This document shows, piece after piece, positions 38,745 to 49,504 of a DNA stretch of 64,000 nt. Every line of letters begins with the position of its first letter. The stretch's first letter is position 1. A model generated the notes under the pieces. That model worked only from the letters and a program-made list of their open reading frames with translations, was not told where the DNA came from and ran no database searches. The position numbers and the translations under genes are program-made. The stretch comes from Dehalococcoidia bacterium (GTDB lineage: Bacteria; Chloroflexota; Dehalococcoidia; Plut-88900), in contig CBDFLQ010000006.1 of NCBI GenBank assembly GCA_965249275.1, forward strand, positions 320,001 through 384,000, written 5' to 3'.

Positions 38745-39908
38745 ATGACGGCAGTGAGTAGCGGTTCAATTCCTATGACTGACCCTCCCTTCTCTCGAGA
38801 AGAATACCAACGACGCCATAGCGCGGTGATGGCAAAACTTGAGTCGCAGGGGATGGATGCGATTGCCGTGACGGCTTACAGTCACCAGGAATATCTCTCC
38901 GGTTATGATGGTGCCGGCGGATACTTCGCCCCCTTCCCTTTAATACTGGCCCCCGGCCATCCGCCTACATATGTGGTCCGCGAATACGATGAAGATGCCG
39001 TCAGGACCGAGAGCTGTATTACGGAAGTTGTACCCTACACTCAGGAGGGTGACCAGGCAAAGGCGGTCGCCGACGTGCTTCGAAGATTCGGGCTGGAGGA
39101 AGGTAGGCTCGGGATTGAGTTGGGTTGCTGGAACCTCGCCCCGAGGGACGTGGCCGCGCTGCAGTCTGAGCTCCCCAATCTCAAGATCGTCGATGCCACA
39201 GGGGTTGTGGCTTCTGCATCCGCCGTAAAAAGCGATGTGGAAATTGCAACCATGCGCAAAGCCATGGGTTTCACCCGATTAGCCATCGAGACAATGAACG
39301 CATCACTTCGAGAAGGCATCACCGAACACGAGGTTGCCCAGGCAATCACTGCCGCCGTGGAAAACGCCGGTGGTGAGATACGTCCCTTCACCCTGCTGTT
39401 TGGACCCCGAACGGCCCTGCCCCACGGCCTCCCGACCTCCTACGCTCTTCAACGAGACCAGCCGGTGTTTACAGAGCTGGGCGGCTGGGCCAACGGTTAC
39501 GCCGGCAGTATCTGCCGCTCGGCGTTGCTGGGTAGCCACCCGAGTGTAGAGTCACTCCACTCCCTTGCCGAGGAAGCGCTGCAAGCGGCAATCGACGCCA
39601 TACATCCCGGCGCGAAAACGGGAGACGTCGACGCCGCCTGCCGAGCCGTCATCGAAAGATCGGGACGCCCCGAAGTCTTTCGCCACCGCACCGGGTACCA
39701 GAACGGTATTATGTGGTCGGATAGAGGAAACTTGAGCCTGGAACCCGACTCTAAGGATGTGCTGGATCCTGGCATGACTTTCCACATGCCTATTATCCTT
39801 TTCGAATCAGGCCGCTACGGAGTCGGATTGAGTGAGACCGTTCTCGTAACTGATCAAGGTTGCGAAGTCCTAAGCGGACTGCCCCGTGCGATTCATAAAG
39901 TGGAGTAG
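38745..39908 (+). CDS. M24 pita-bread-fold hydrolase (creatinase/ectoine hydrolase DoeA-like)
   Basis: FSREEYQRR, YLSGYDG, VKSDVEI, ALPHG, HRTGY, GMTFH, SETVLVT. Confidence 0.85.
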   Translation: MTAVSSGSIPMTDPPFSREEYQRRHSAVMAKLESQGMDAIAVTAYSHQEYLSGYDGAGGYFAPFPLILAPGHPPTYVVREYDEDAVRTESCITEVVPYTQEGDQAKAVADVLRRFGLEEGRLGIELGCWNLAPRDVAALQSELPNLKIVDATGVVASASAVKSDVEIATMRKAMGFTRLAIETMNASLREGITEHEVAQAITAAVENAGGEIRPFTLLFGPRTALPHGLPTSYALQRDQPVFTELGGWANGYAGSICRSALLGSHPSVESLHSLAEEALQAAIDAIHPGAKTGDVDAACRAVIERSGRPEVFRHRTGYQNGIMWSDRGNLSLEPDSKDVLDPGMTFHMPIILFESGRYGVGLSETVLVTDQGCEVLSGLPRAIHKVE

Positions 39909-39923
39909 TCAAGCCGGTCAAAG

Positions 39924-40334
39924 GTGTCCATATGCAATGATTCGGTATGGGCAATCTTCCCCCGAACCGTCCGTCACCGGACCCGTGTCACTCGAACTGC
40001 GAAGTTGCTGACATCAGGAGCGCCGACACGCGCTGCATCAATGACGGTTGCGAGTACCCTCCCCACAGCACTCGCCGTCCACTCAGGCAGCATGACCGAC
40101 ACCCCTAGACCCGAGTGTGCAGGGGAGATGGAGCGGTGGGGCCATTCGAACGGTGCCTTGATAGAGCACTGCTCAAGCACGGCTGCTACCGGTCCGAACT
40201 CGAACAATCCGGTATTCCTCCACCGGAGATTCGCGACCAACATCCCCTACGCCATCCCGGCTGACGAGAAGCGGCAACGTGCAACGGGAGACGCGAAGTA
40301 CGAGCGCTACGTGGCATGGATGCAGGACCTGTAG
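39924..40334 (+). other. Possible gene remnant or hypothetical ORF
   Basis: 136-aa open frame whose C-terminus looks protein-like; no recognised motif or RBS. Confidence 0.2.
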
Positions 40335-40705
40335 ATCCGACTGCATAGATCCAACACGTACAAGTTTAATTTGCTGAGACGCAAAAGGAGACTACCCGAA
40401 CAAAAACGGAGAGCCTCCCTTAGCATTCATCATCCAAAACTCTGTATTATTAGTCCCGAACCAAGAATTCGAAGGGAATTCCCTTTTAGCTGCGTCATCT
40501 ACAATACTAGTCCAGCGCCAAGGTGACATTTAAGACCGCATCGTGTAAAGCTAGACAACTAAGACAGGAGACCGACAGATCAGCCAAATGGCTCCAACTA
40601 CAAATTATCACGCCATCTATAATTAGGAACTCTATCAATGGAGATAGGCAGTTTTCCATTATTGATATGAGATACCCTACAGAGGGCAGATAGAGGGAGG
40701 AACGA

Positions 40706-41872
40706 ATGGATTACAAAGTGATATCGGCAGACACCCATCTGGACGTTGCATGGCTTCCGGGTGACCTCTTCACAAACAACGCCCCGGCACACCTCAAGGA
40801 CAAAATGCCATATGTGGCCGACCAAAAAAACGGCGGCAAGGCATGGGAAATCGAGGGAGAGTATATGTGCGGCGCCGGTGTCGGAGGAAATCTGACGAAG
40901 GATTTCGCAGCCTACGTACCTGGTCAGTCCCATCATCTTGACCGTATGGCTGAAGTGGGCTTCTTTGACGGCATAGCGAACGGCATCTACCACCCCTCGG
41001 ATGCACAGCTGCGCATCAAAGACCAGGACATCGACGGTGTAGACGCCGAGGTGATGTACGGCATTCTGGGCATAGGTGGAGGCGGATTCTCGGGGCCCGG
41101 ATTCAAGGATGTTGAGGTTACAACCGCCATCTATGATGCCTACAACGAATGGGTGTCCGACTTTGTCCGACCCCACTCCGATCGCATCGCCGCCCTCGGT
41201 TGCCTCAGCAGCCACGATCCCGAAGTAGCAGCCCGACAGGTGAGACGCTGCGCCGAACTGGGGCTAAGGGGCGCAGAAATCAACGCTGGCAAGATGCCTA
41301 ACCCCGCATATCACAAGGACTGGGAGCCTTTGTGGGAGGCCGCGTCGGAGACCCGTATGCCAGTATCTTTCCATACGTTGGGCTATCCCCATAGGACGCC
41401 TTCACCTGCCGACCAGAAAGATTACGGGTGGCTGAGCATGGGTCTTGGCTTCATCATGTTCCAGCTCTCGGGCATCGAATTCCTTGTAAGTATGGTTCTG
41501 TCCGGGGCCTGCGAGCGCAATCCGAACTTCCAATTCGTGCTCGGGGAGTGTGGAATCGGATGGATCCCCTACGTAATCGAAAGGACCGATTCAAAATACG
41601 ATGACCGTCTGTTCCACCTGGGTTTCAACATGAAGCCTAGCGAGTACTGGCAGAGACAGGGCTACTCAACCTTCCAGCAGGAATACGTCTCAACCGATGA
41701 GATTGAGCGGATCGGCATCAACAACATAATGTGGGGTTCGGACTATCCCCACCCCGACGGCGTGTTCCCCGATTCGGCCAAGGCTATCGCAGAGGGCATG
41801 GGACACTTGGACGACGCAGTTCGGCAGAAGCTGATATGTGAAAACGCCTCGAGAGTGTACCGATTCAACTAG
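40706..41872 (+). CDS. Amidohydrolase-2 family protein, tandem copy 1
   Basis: SADTH, DGVDAEVMYG, VSFH, GECGIGW, WGSDYPH; GGAGG RBS. Confidence 0.9.
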   Translation: MDYKVISADTHLDVAWLPGDLFTNNAPAHLKDKMPYVADQKNGGKAWEIEGEYMCGAGVGGNLTKDFAAYVPGQSHHLDRMAEVGFFDGIANGIYHPSDAQLRIKDQDIDGVDAEVMYGILGIGGGGFSGPGFKDVEVTTAIYDAYNEWVSDFVRPHSDRIAALGCLSSHDPEVAARQVRRCAELGLRGAEINAGKMPNPAYHKDWEPLWEAASETRMPVSFHTLGYPHRTPSPADQKDYGWLSMGLGFIMFQLSGIEFLVSMVLSGACERNPNFQFVLGECGIGWIPYVIERTDSKYDDRLFHLGFNMKPSEYWQRQGYSTFQQEYVSTDEIERIGINNIMWGSDYPHPDGVFPDSAKAIAEGMGHLDDAVRQKLICENASRVYRFN

Positions 41873-41907
41873 AGGGTGATCCGCTTAGCAAACAGTAGGA
41901 GAGGGAC

Positions 41908-43062
41908 ATGAAATACAATCTGATTTCCGCCGACACCCACATGGATCTGGTGTATATGCCGCCAGAGATGTTCGTAGAGAATGCTCCCTCTGAACTCAGG
42001 GATAAGATGCCCCGGGTAGAGGACACGGAAGAAGGTCCTTACTGGATGTTGGAAGGCAAAAAAGTTGTGCCCTCTGGCAGCGGTGGCCTGACCAGTGGCC
42101 ACTACCAGGAAGGGGAAGCCAAACATCTGGACCGGATGGCCGAAGTCGGGTTCTTCGATAGTATGGCTCACGGAGTCTATCATCCCAGCGATCCCGACCT
42201 ACGTGTGAGGGACTTGGACATAGACGGCGTGGATGCCGAGATCATGTACGGCATCCTTGAGATCGGTGCCGGTGGCCGGCTTGGCCCCGAGGTCGAAGAC
42301 GCAGCGATTCTTAACTCCACCTATCAAGTCTACAACCAGTGGGTTGCCGATTTCGTCGGTAAGAATCCCACGCGGATGAACGCACTCGCTTGCCTGACTC
42401 ACCGAGACCCTCAGACCGCCGCCGACCAGCTTCGCCAGGCAGCAGAGTTGGGCCTAAGAGGCGCGGAGATCCTCGTACCTCAGATGAACAAGCCTCTGTA
42501 TCACAAGGACTGGGATATATTGTGGCAAACCTCTGCCGAGTGCCAAATACCAATCTCCTTCCATACCGTGGGTGGCAGCTTCGCCAGACCGCAGCCGAAG
42601 GAAGAAGCGGAATACCGATACGTGGTCAGGGGGTTGGGGGAAGCCCTGTTCCAGATCACCGGCTCAGAGTTCCTGATCAGTGTCATACTTTCCGGGGCTT
42701 GCCAAAGATTCCCGGACTTCAACTGGGTGCTGGGCGAATGCGGTATCGGATGGATACCCTACATCGTTGAGAGGACAGACATCGAGTACGCCGACAGGTT
42801 GTTCCAACTCGGCCTCGAGATGAAACCGAGCGAGTACTGGCGTCGACAGGGACATTCCACCTTCCAGGAGGAATACGTCTCGATGGACGAGATTGAGAGA
42901 ATTGGTATAGACAGCATTATGTGGGGCTCCGACTACCCTCATCCCGACGGCGTGTTCCCCGACTCCAAGACGGTCATCCAGAATAACCTGGGACACCTCC
43001 CCAAGGACGTGATACAGCAGATAACCTGCGCTAACGCCGCCAAGGTGTACCGGTTCAATTGA
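41908..43062 (+). CDS. Amidohydrolase-2 family protein, tandem copy 2
   Basis: Same motifs as copy 1, with long identical stretches (HLDRMAEVGFFD, MWGSDYPHPDGVFPDS). Confidence 0.9.
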   Translation: MKYNLISADTHMDLVYMPPEMFVENAPSELRDKMPRVEDTEEGPYWMLEGKKVVPSGSGGLTSGHYQEGEAKHLDRMAEVGFFDSMAHGVYHPSDPDLRVRDLDIDGVDAEIMYGILEIGAGGRLGPEVEDAAILNSTYQVYNQWVADFVGKNPTRMNALACLTHRDPQTAADQLRQAAELGLRGAEILVPQMNKPLYHKDWDILWQTSAECQIPISFHTVGGSFARPQPKEEAEYRYVVRGLGEALFQITGSEFLISVILSGACQRFPDFNWVLGECGIGWIPYIVERTDIEYADRLFQLGLEMKPSEYWRRQGHSTFQEEYVSMDEIERIGIDSIMWGSDYPHPDGVFPDSKTVIQNNLGHLPKDVIQQITCANAAKVYRFN

Positions 43063-43237
43063 TCTGATTGCTGAATCGCCGTGCCCCTTTTGACCTGCGC
43101 TTGGACACGTAAGCGTATCGACCTCTTCGATGAGGGCAAAATTGGCGCTGAGGCCGACCCGGTTTCGAATTTACCTTATGAAACCCTCATTCAGGGCAAC
43201 GGGCGCAAGTTGCTAGCGAAATGGAGAAGTTGACCAG

Positions 43238-44056
43238 ATGCTTAGCGAGTACAGTTTGGAAGGGAAGTCCGCTCTCATTACCGGCGGGGGCCGGGGTATC
43301 GGCAAGGCTATCGCTTTGGTGTTGGCCGAGGCCGGCGCCGACGTCGCGGTCGCTTCTCGAACCCTGGAACAAGTTGAACAGGTTGCCGATGAAATACGGG
43401 CCCTAGGCCGAAACTCCGTCGCTGTGCAGTTAGACGTATCCGATTCGGCCCAGGCTGAGCCAGCGGTATCCCAGGCCACCGCCGCCCTGGGGAAAATCGA
43501 TATCCTGGTCAACAATGCTGGCATAAGCTACGGTGCCGTACCCGTAATACCAATTGAGAAGCTCCCAGAGGAAAAGATCTCCGGTGACCTGAAGGCCGGG
43601 CTGACCGATGAGCAATGGATCCGCCTCCTAAACATTAACCTCAGCGGCGCTTTCTACTGCTGCCGAGCCGTAGCCGGCCAGATGTTGGAACGGCGAAGCG
43701 GCAAGATCATCAACGTCTCATCTATGACCGGCATCCTTGCTGAGGCCTACTACACCGCCTACGACAGCTCCAAGGCTGCCCTTAACATGCTTACTAAGTG
43801 CTTGGCTCTGGAGTGGGGCCGGTTCAACATCAACGTCAACGGCATTGGTCCCGGCTGGTTCATGACCGAGATGACCAGACCCGGTTTCATCGATCAGGCC
43901 GTCCACGAGGCCCGTGTCAAAGGCGTCCCCCTCCAGCGCCTCACCGACGCCCGGGACGTCGGACTGTTGGCCGTTTACCTGGCCAGCCCAGCCTCGGACT
44001 GGATGACAGGTCAGGTGATCTACCTGGACGGTGGGCAGTCGGCAATACATGCCTAG
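43238..44056 (+). CDS. SDR oxidoreductase (gluconate 5-dehydrogenase-like)
   Basis: TGGGRGIG, VNNAG, NVSS, YDSSK, GPGWFMTEM. Confidence 0.9.
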   Translation: MLSEYSLEGKSALITGGGRGIGKAIALVLAEAGADVAVASRTLEQVEQVADEIRALGRNSVAVQLDVSDSAQAEPAVSQATAALGKIDILVNNAGISYGAVPVIPIEKLPEEKISGDLKAGLTDEQWIRLLNINLSGAFYCCRAVAGQMLERRSGKIINVSSMTGILAEAYYTAYDSSKAALNMLTKCLALEWGRFNINVNGIGPGWFMTEMTRPGFIDQAVHEARVKGVPLQRLTDARDVGLLAVYLASPASDWMTGQVIYLDGGQSAIHA

Positions 44057-44146
44057 ACGAACGTCGCCCTGAAGTTGAAATCAAGCCACCCAATTCCAGC
44101 GCTCTCCAGCCCATCATTCTGGGAATCAAGGGCCGTGGCTCGTAGA

Positions 44147-45550
44147 TCAGCTAACGACCGGCCACCCGAGTCCCAGGTCAACCCCGAGCCGCCTCGCCCG
44201 ATCAACGACCGAATCAGAAACTGTCCGGTAAACCTCCAGCTCATCCACTCGGGTTGAGTGTCCTCCGCTGAAGACCACCTTACCGTTAACCAGGACAGTA
44301 TCCACGCTTCCGGTTCCCATCGTTAGCGCCAACAAGTGCAATGGGTTGTTCGAGGGATACGCTTCAGCCGCGCCCGCAGACCTCACAACGACGTCCGCGC
44401 GCTTACCGGATTCCAAGCTTCCAAGCTCAGCATTCATACCGGCGGCCGAGGCCGCGTTGATGGTTTGCATTTCGAGTAACGCTCCGGGGGAAAGAGGGTC
44501 CGCATAGGTTTGTGATACGTAGTGCGCAGCGAGTATGATCCCACCCGGAGTGCATCCGATAGCGCCGTCGGTGCCAAGCGAGACACGGGTTCCTCGTTGG
44601 TACCGCTGCGCCATCTTGAAGTTGGCACTTCCTCCGAACCCGAGCGAGAAGAAGGCAGCCGGGCACCATACTATCTGGCAGCCCGATTCCTGGACCGCTC
44701 TCTCTTCCTCTTCGTCCAGCACGTTTGCATGGACTATGACGGTGTGCTCGTCGAGTACACCGAGCTCCTGCAGGTGCATGATGTGGCTGGTGCCGTTTAT
44801 GGCGCGATAGATCGCGGGCTCTCCTGGAACGTAACCGGCATGAAGCTGGAAGGGCACGTTATTATCGCGGGCACATGCGTGTGCCGCTTGCAACAGTTCA
44901 GGCGAGGCAGTGCCTGCGCCGTAGACGAAAATGTAACCTCGGACCAACGCTTCGGGGTCTCCATTGCGGTGAAGCTCCACGTCCAATTGCCCCAGTGACC
45001 GGTCGAGATCGATGGGCGCACGAGCCATCAGGCTAGGACTTATTAGCGATGGTACAGCATCGAAAGACTCGCGCCTGTCCCATAGATAGAGCGGGGCGAA
45101 AAGCGCTCTCATGCCCACCCGCTCGACCGCCTCAGCCCCCGCCTCGGTCGAGAACAGTGAACCCGGTTCTATAAACATCGTAAAGCCACTTCGAAGCATC
45201 TCGAGACTGGCCATGGCGGTGGCAGCGGCCTCGTCCTCATCGGTCACTCCGGCTTTCCAGGTTGCGAAGTTGATCGGTGATGGGTTCGCATCGCGGACGT
45301 TGCCAACCCCCCGACAGGAAGTGTGGACGATATGATTGTGAGCATCGATGAAGCCAGGATGCACGATGCCGCCTTCGGCATCTATCGTCTCCCTCGCATC
45401 GAATCGCTGTCTCAGGTCGGCATGGGTGCCGACCTCTACAATGCGCGAGCCGGTGATCGCCACCGCGCCCGTGCGATAGATTCTGCGCTCCGAGTCCATG
45501 GTGATGATCTGACCGTTGTGAATTAGAACGTCGCACGTGCTCTTGTTCAT
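44147..45550 (-). CDS. Amidohydrolase (MtaD/SsnA deaminase-like)
   Basis: PGFIDAHNH, LEMLRSGFT, QLHAG, LGTDG, GSLESGKRAD; start placed at ATG 45550. Confidence 0.85.
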   Translation of the reverse strand: MNKSTCDVLIHNGQIITMDSERRIYRTGAVAITGSRIVEVGTHADLRQRFDARETIDAEGGIVHPGFIDAHNHIVHTSCRGVGNVRDANPSPINFATWKAGVTDEDEAAATAMASLEMLRSGFTMFIEPGSLFSTEAGAEAVERVGMRALFAPLYLWDRRESFDAVPSLISPSLMARAPIDLDRSLGQLDVELHRNGDPEALVRGYIFVYGAGTASPELLQAAHACARDNNVPFQLHAGYVPGEPAIYRAINGTSHIMHLQELGVLDEHTVIVHANVLDEEEERAVQESGCQIVWCPAAFFSLGFGGSANFKMAQRYQRGTRVSLGTDGAIGCTPGGIILAAHYVSQTYADPLSPGALLEMQTINAASAAGMNAELGSLESGKRADVVVRSAGAAEAYPSNNPLHLLALTMGTGSVDTVLVNGKVVFSGGHSTRVDELEVYRTVSDSVVDRARRLGVDLGLGWPVVS

Positions 45551-45763
45551 CTGATTGTGATCCAACTTCCTTGGTGGACTAATTCTCAACGCGGTTAAAC
45601 AATAGACTGTACTGCCTCACTGGATTGTATTCAGGCGTGCATCCAGTGGCCCGGAATAAACCATCTTGAGACCGGAACGTTCTGAACCGTCAATGGGTTT
45701 CCGCTGTGGAGGAGCCCCTCTGGTCTTCTCCTCAATCGGCAGGACTGCTTCTCGAAGGCGTAG

Positions 45764-48220
45764 CTAAGCCTTTATCTTCTCGCTTTTCGGGTCATAGGGC
45801 GGGCCGAGACGTACATTGGCCGAAAAGCTCTCGGTAGCAACCTCTATTTCATAAGAGCCTGAGCGTATCCAGCCGGGAGTTGCTCCCTCTTCATTTTCGA
45901 GGTAGCCCATAGCCACTGACCGACCCAGTGCGTGACCATAATTCCCTGAAGTTGTGCGGCCCACAATAACCCCATCTCGATAGATGGGCTCATCGCCCAG
46001 CAGGAGCGGCTCCGGGTCTTCCAGTACGAATATGGCCAGCCGCTTTTCCAGTCCCCTCTCACTTTGACGCAGCAGAGCATCTCTCCCGATGAAATCGACA
46101 CCCTTGTCGAAGGCCACTGCAAATCTAAGACCGGCCTCAAGGGGAGTATCTACGCTGGTGATGTCGTGGCCCCAGCTCCGGTACGCCTTTTCCAACCGCA
46201 GCGAGTCCAACGCATGGTAGCCGGCGTGCATTAACCCGAATTCTCCGCCTTCTTCGACTATGGAATCGTACACGTTACAGGCGTACTCACTGGGAATGTA
46301 AAGCTCCCAACCCAGCTCACCCACATAGGTGATCCGCGAGGCACGCACCGGCGCATAGCCGAGATAGATATCCTTCGACGTTAGGAACGGAAAAGCCTCG
46401 TTTGACAGGTCGGCGTCGGTAAGGCGGGATAAAAGGTCCCGGGAGCGAGGCCCCATCACACTCAGCACGGCATAGGATGACGAGACGTCTGTAAGCGTCG
46501 CTCTCGCATCATCGGGAATGTGCCTTCTCATCCAGGTGTAGTCCCGGGTCACCGACCCTGCGGACGTCACAATCATGTACGTGTCTTCCGCTATACGGTT
46601 CACCGTCAAGTCCGACACGATTCCGCCACGCGCATTCAGCATGGCGGTGTAGACCAGACTGCCTGGTTCCACGGCTACGTTGTTGGCCATCAGGCGTTGC
46701 AGGACGGATTCGGCGTCGGCTCCTTGAAGCAGGAACTTGGCAAAGGAGGTCTGGTCGAACAAGCCTACGGCTTGCCGCACTGCCAAGTGCTCCTTGGCAG
46801 AATGGTCAAACCAGTTCTGTCGCCCCCAGGAGTACTCGTAAACGGGATCTACCCCCTCTGGGGCGTACCAGTTGGGTCGCTCCCATCCGGCAACAACCCC
46901 GAAACATGCGCCCTGAGAAACGAGACGTTGGTGCAAAGGCGACTGGCGCACGTTTCGGGCCGACTCCGGTTGCCTGTAAGGCCAGTGCATGGCGTAAAGC
47001 AGGCCCAGGGCCTCCCCGGTTCGGTCCCGCAGGTAGGCGGGATTGTTAGCCCAACTCTGGAAGCGACCAATGTCCACCTCCGAGAGGTCCTCCGTCATCT
47101 CCCCCTCCGTGATCCACTCAGCCATAGACTTGCCCGCTCCTGCAGCCGACGCTACGCCGCTGGAGTTGAAACCGGCGGCCACGAAGAAGTTGCGCAGCTC
47201 GGGGGCCTCACCCATGATGTAGCGGGTGTCAGGCGTAAAGCTCTCTGGCCCGACAAGTTTGATGCGCACTCCCGCATCGGCTATGGCCGGGACGCGGTCC
47301 ATGGCTTTTTTCATCAATATGTCGTAGTGGCTCCAATCACGGTTGAGCATGTGGAGGGAAAAATCGTCTGGTATGCCGTCCATCCCCCAGGGTACCCCCT
47401 CGGGCTCAAAGCCGCCGATCAGTATTCCACCGCCTTCGAAGGGGTATCGCCGTACATAGATGTAACCGTCGGGGTCGCGAAGTGAGGGCATGTCCTCCGA
47501 GGCACCGGGCACCGGTTCGGTGACGAAGTAGGCGTGGTCGGCGGCGTGGAGAGGGATGGCTACTCCGCACATCAGCCCGATCTCCCGGGCCCACATTCCG
47601 GCGCAGTTCACCACTACTTCACATCTGATGTCTCCACGTGCTGTAGAGACGCCCGACACCGCTCCACCACTGGTCAAAATGTTATTCACAGGGGTGTTCT
47701 CGATGATTTGCACACCTCGATTGGTAGCCCCGGTTGCCAGTGCGTTAGCCGTGCTGTCCGGCACAGTTTCACCATCGTAGGGCAGGTGTACCGCTCCAAC
47801 CAACCCTTCAGTGCTCAACAACGGCCAGAGCTCTTCCGCCTCGTCCAGGCCAATCTCGTTCATCTCCACGCCAAAGCTCTTGGCCATGGATATCATTCGA
47901 CGAAGCTCGTCCATGCGGCCCTGGGTACGGGCCACACTTATGCTTCCCGTCTGTCGAAAACCGGTGTCCAGTCCGGTCTCATCCTTGAGCTCCTGGTAAA
48001 GCTGAACGCCGTAACGAGAGATATCCGTCAATGCGCGGGTATGACGTAGCTGGGTTACCAGTCCCGCCGAGTGAGCAGTGGTTCCGCTGACAATGGCGCT
48101 TCGTTCCAGTGCCACCACATCTTTCCACCCCATCTTTGCAAGGTGATAGGCGACGCTGCACCCCACGATACCCGCGCCAATGACTACGACCTCGGCGTGT
48201 TGTGGTAAGTTCTTAGCCAT
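45764..48220 (-). CDS. Dimethylglycine/sarcosine dehydrogenase-like FAD oxidoreductase with GcvT domain
   Basis: IGAGIVG, GTTAHSAG, GPESFTPD, GWERPNW, YVGELGWEL, SLRLEKAYR. Confidence 0.92.
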   Translation of the reverse strand: MAKNLPQHAEVVVIGAGIVGCSVAYHLAKMGWKDVVALERSAIVSGTTAHSAGLVTQLRHTRALTDISRYGVQLYQELKDETGLDTGFRQTGSISVARTQGRMDELRRMISMAKSFGVEMNEIGLDEAEELWPLLSTEGLVGAVHLPYDGETVPDSTANALATGATNRGVQIIENTPVNNILTSGGAVSGVSTARGDIRCEVVVNCAGMWAREIGLMCGVAIPLHAADHAYFVTEPVPGASEDMPSLRDPDGYIYVRRYPFEGGGILIGGFEPEGVPWGMDGIPDDFSLHMLNRDWSHYDILMKKAMDRVPAIADAGVRIKLVGPESFTPDTRYIMGEAPELRNFFVAAGFNSSGVASAAGAGKSMAEWITEGEMTEDLSEVDIGRFQSWANNPAYLRDRTGEALGLLYAMHWPYRQPESARNVRQSPLHQRLVSQGACFGVVAGWERPNWYAPEGVDPVYEYSWGRQNWFDHSAKEHLAVRQAVGLFDQTSFAKFLLQGADAESVLQRLMANNVAVEPGSLVYTAMLNARGGIVSDLTVNRIAEDTYMIVTSAGSVTRDYTWMRRHIPDDARATLTDVSSSYAVLSVMGPRSRDLLSRLTDADLSNEAFPFLTSKDIYLGYAPVRASRITYVGELGWELYIPSEYACNVYDSIVEEGGEFGLMHAGYHALDSLRLEKAYRSWGHDITSVDTPLEAGLRFAVAFDKGVDFIGRDALLRQSERGLEKRLAIFVLEDPEPLLLGDEPIYRDGVIVGRTTSGNYGHALGRSVAMGYLENEEGATPGWIRSGSYEIEVATESFSANVRLGPPYDPKSEKIKA

Positions 48221-48457
48221 GATTTAGCTGCGTAGGCTAGCATTACCCTTCTGAGTGGTCAATCCAATCTGTTTCATCTACAGAGTAACAGGGAAGGTGT
48301 TACGTAAAGCCGCTTTAGTGTCTTGGGGACAGCGCAGATTGCCTGAACCATCCCATCGAGCCAACCAAGTCCGGCCCCCTATAGACTGCACCACCCAGGA
48401 AGATATCGGCTTTGAGGATTCCCGTGATCCATTCTGTGGTTCCGACAAGCTAGCGTC

Positions 48458-49321
48458 ATGATTGCTGATAGCGTGAGCATGGGCCTGTTGGCGGCCCTGG
48501 GCTTCGGACTGGCAGAGTTCGCTAGCGCACTGCTTGCCCGCAGGACCAGCCACTTTAGGCTGATCTTCGGAGTAAACGTAGCTTCCGTGCTGGCTGCCAC
48601 TGCCTACGTTCCCTTCGATGGCAGCATCGTCCACACATCAAGCCAGCAGTGGCTCACCTTCATCGGTCTCGGTGTCCTCTATAGCATGACCTACGTCCTG
48701 TATTACGCGTCCCTTCAGCGTGGGCCCGTAGCCATCGTCAGCCCGATAATGTCCGTCTACAAGGCCGTCGTAATCATCCTCGCCGTCCTGCTCCTCGCCG
48801 AGCCTCTGTCCCCAGGCCAGTCTTCAGGCGCCGCCGCGGCTCTGCTTGGCGTTTTCCTGGCATCTATAAACATCGCGGAACTGAAAGGCGGGCGCATCGT
48901 CATTGGAAGAGGTGTCTTCTTCGGCTTCTTAGCCATGATCGCCTTCGGCGTCTTCTACTACGCCGTCGCCGCCCTTTCAAAAGACCTCGGCTGGTTCCTG
49001 CCAATCTACATGATCAGGATGTTCACGGCTGTTCTCGTGGCGCCCCTCGCCATAAGACAACGCCCCGAGCCCCACCAACGCCTAACCACCAGAATCACTT
49101 TGGCAATCCTCGCGATCGGCGCCATCGAGATCGGCGGCATGTTCGCTTTCGCTAGGGGCGCTCAAGTGGGGAATGTGGCCATCGTCGCCGCCGTCTCGTC
49201 CGCCTACACCCTGGTCCCGATCGCTGGCGCTATCACCTTACTCCGCGAGCGTCTGCGCCCGATCCAGATTCTGGGGGTCGCATCGGTCGTGACCGGCGTG
49301 ATTCTGCTGAGCACTACATGA
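48458..49321 (+). CDS. DMT/EamA family transporter
   Basis: Two 5-TM repeats; GPVAIVSPI, LLAEPL, LLRERL. Confidence 0.85.
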   Translation: MIADSVSMGLLAALGFGLAEFASALLARRTSHFRLIFGVNVASVLAATAYVPFDGSIVHTSSQQWLTFIGLGVLYSMTYVLYYASLQRGPVAIVSPIMSVYKAVVIILAVLLLAEPLSPGQSSGAAAALLGVFLASINIAELKGGRIVIGRGVFFGFLAMIAFGVFYYAVAALSKDLGWFLPIYMIRMFTAVLVAPLAIRQRPEPHQRLTTRITLAILAIGAIEIGGMFAFARGAQVGNVAIVAAVSSAYTLVPIAGAITLLRERLRPIQILGVASVVTGVILLSTT

Positions 49322-49504
49322 ATACCAACAGACCCCCGCAAGACTAGCCGCTGCTGTGCAGACGCTATCTCCACCTCTGCTGTCGGGATACGTGAGTTCC
49401 TACAAACCAGCGCACTCACTGAGTCCCGCCTCATCGCTGAATTGTTCTCTGTGGGAATATTTGGACCCTCAGAAAGAGCAGTTGTCCGCTAACCCCGCCC
49501 CAGC

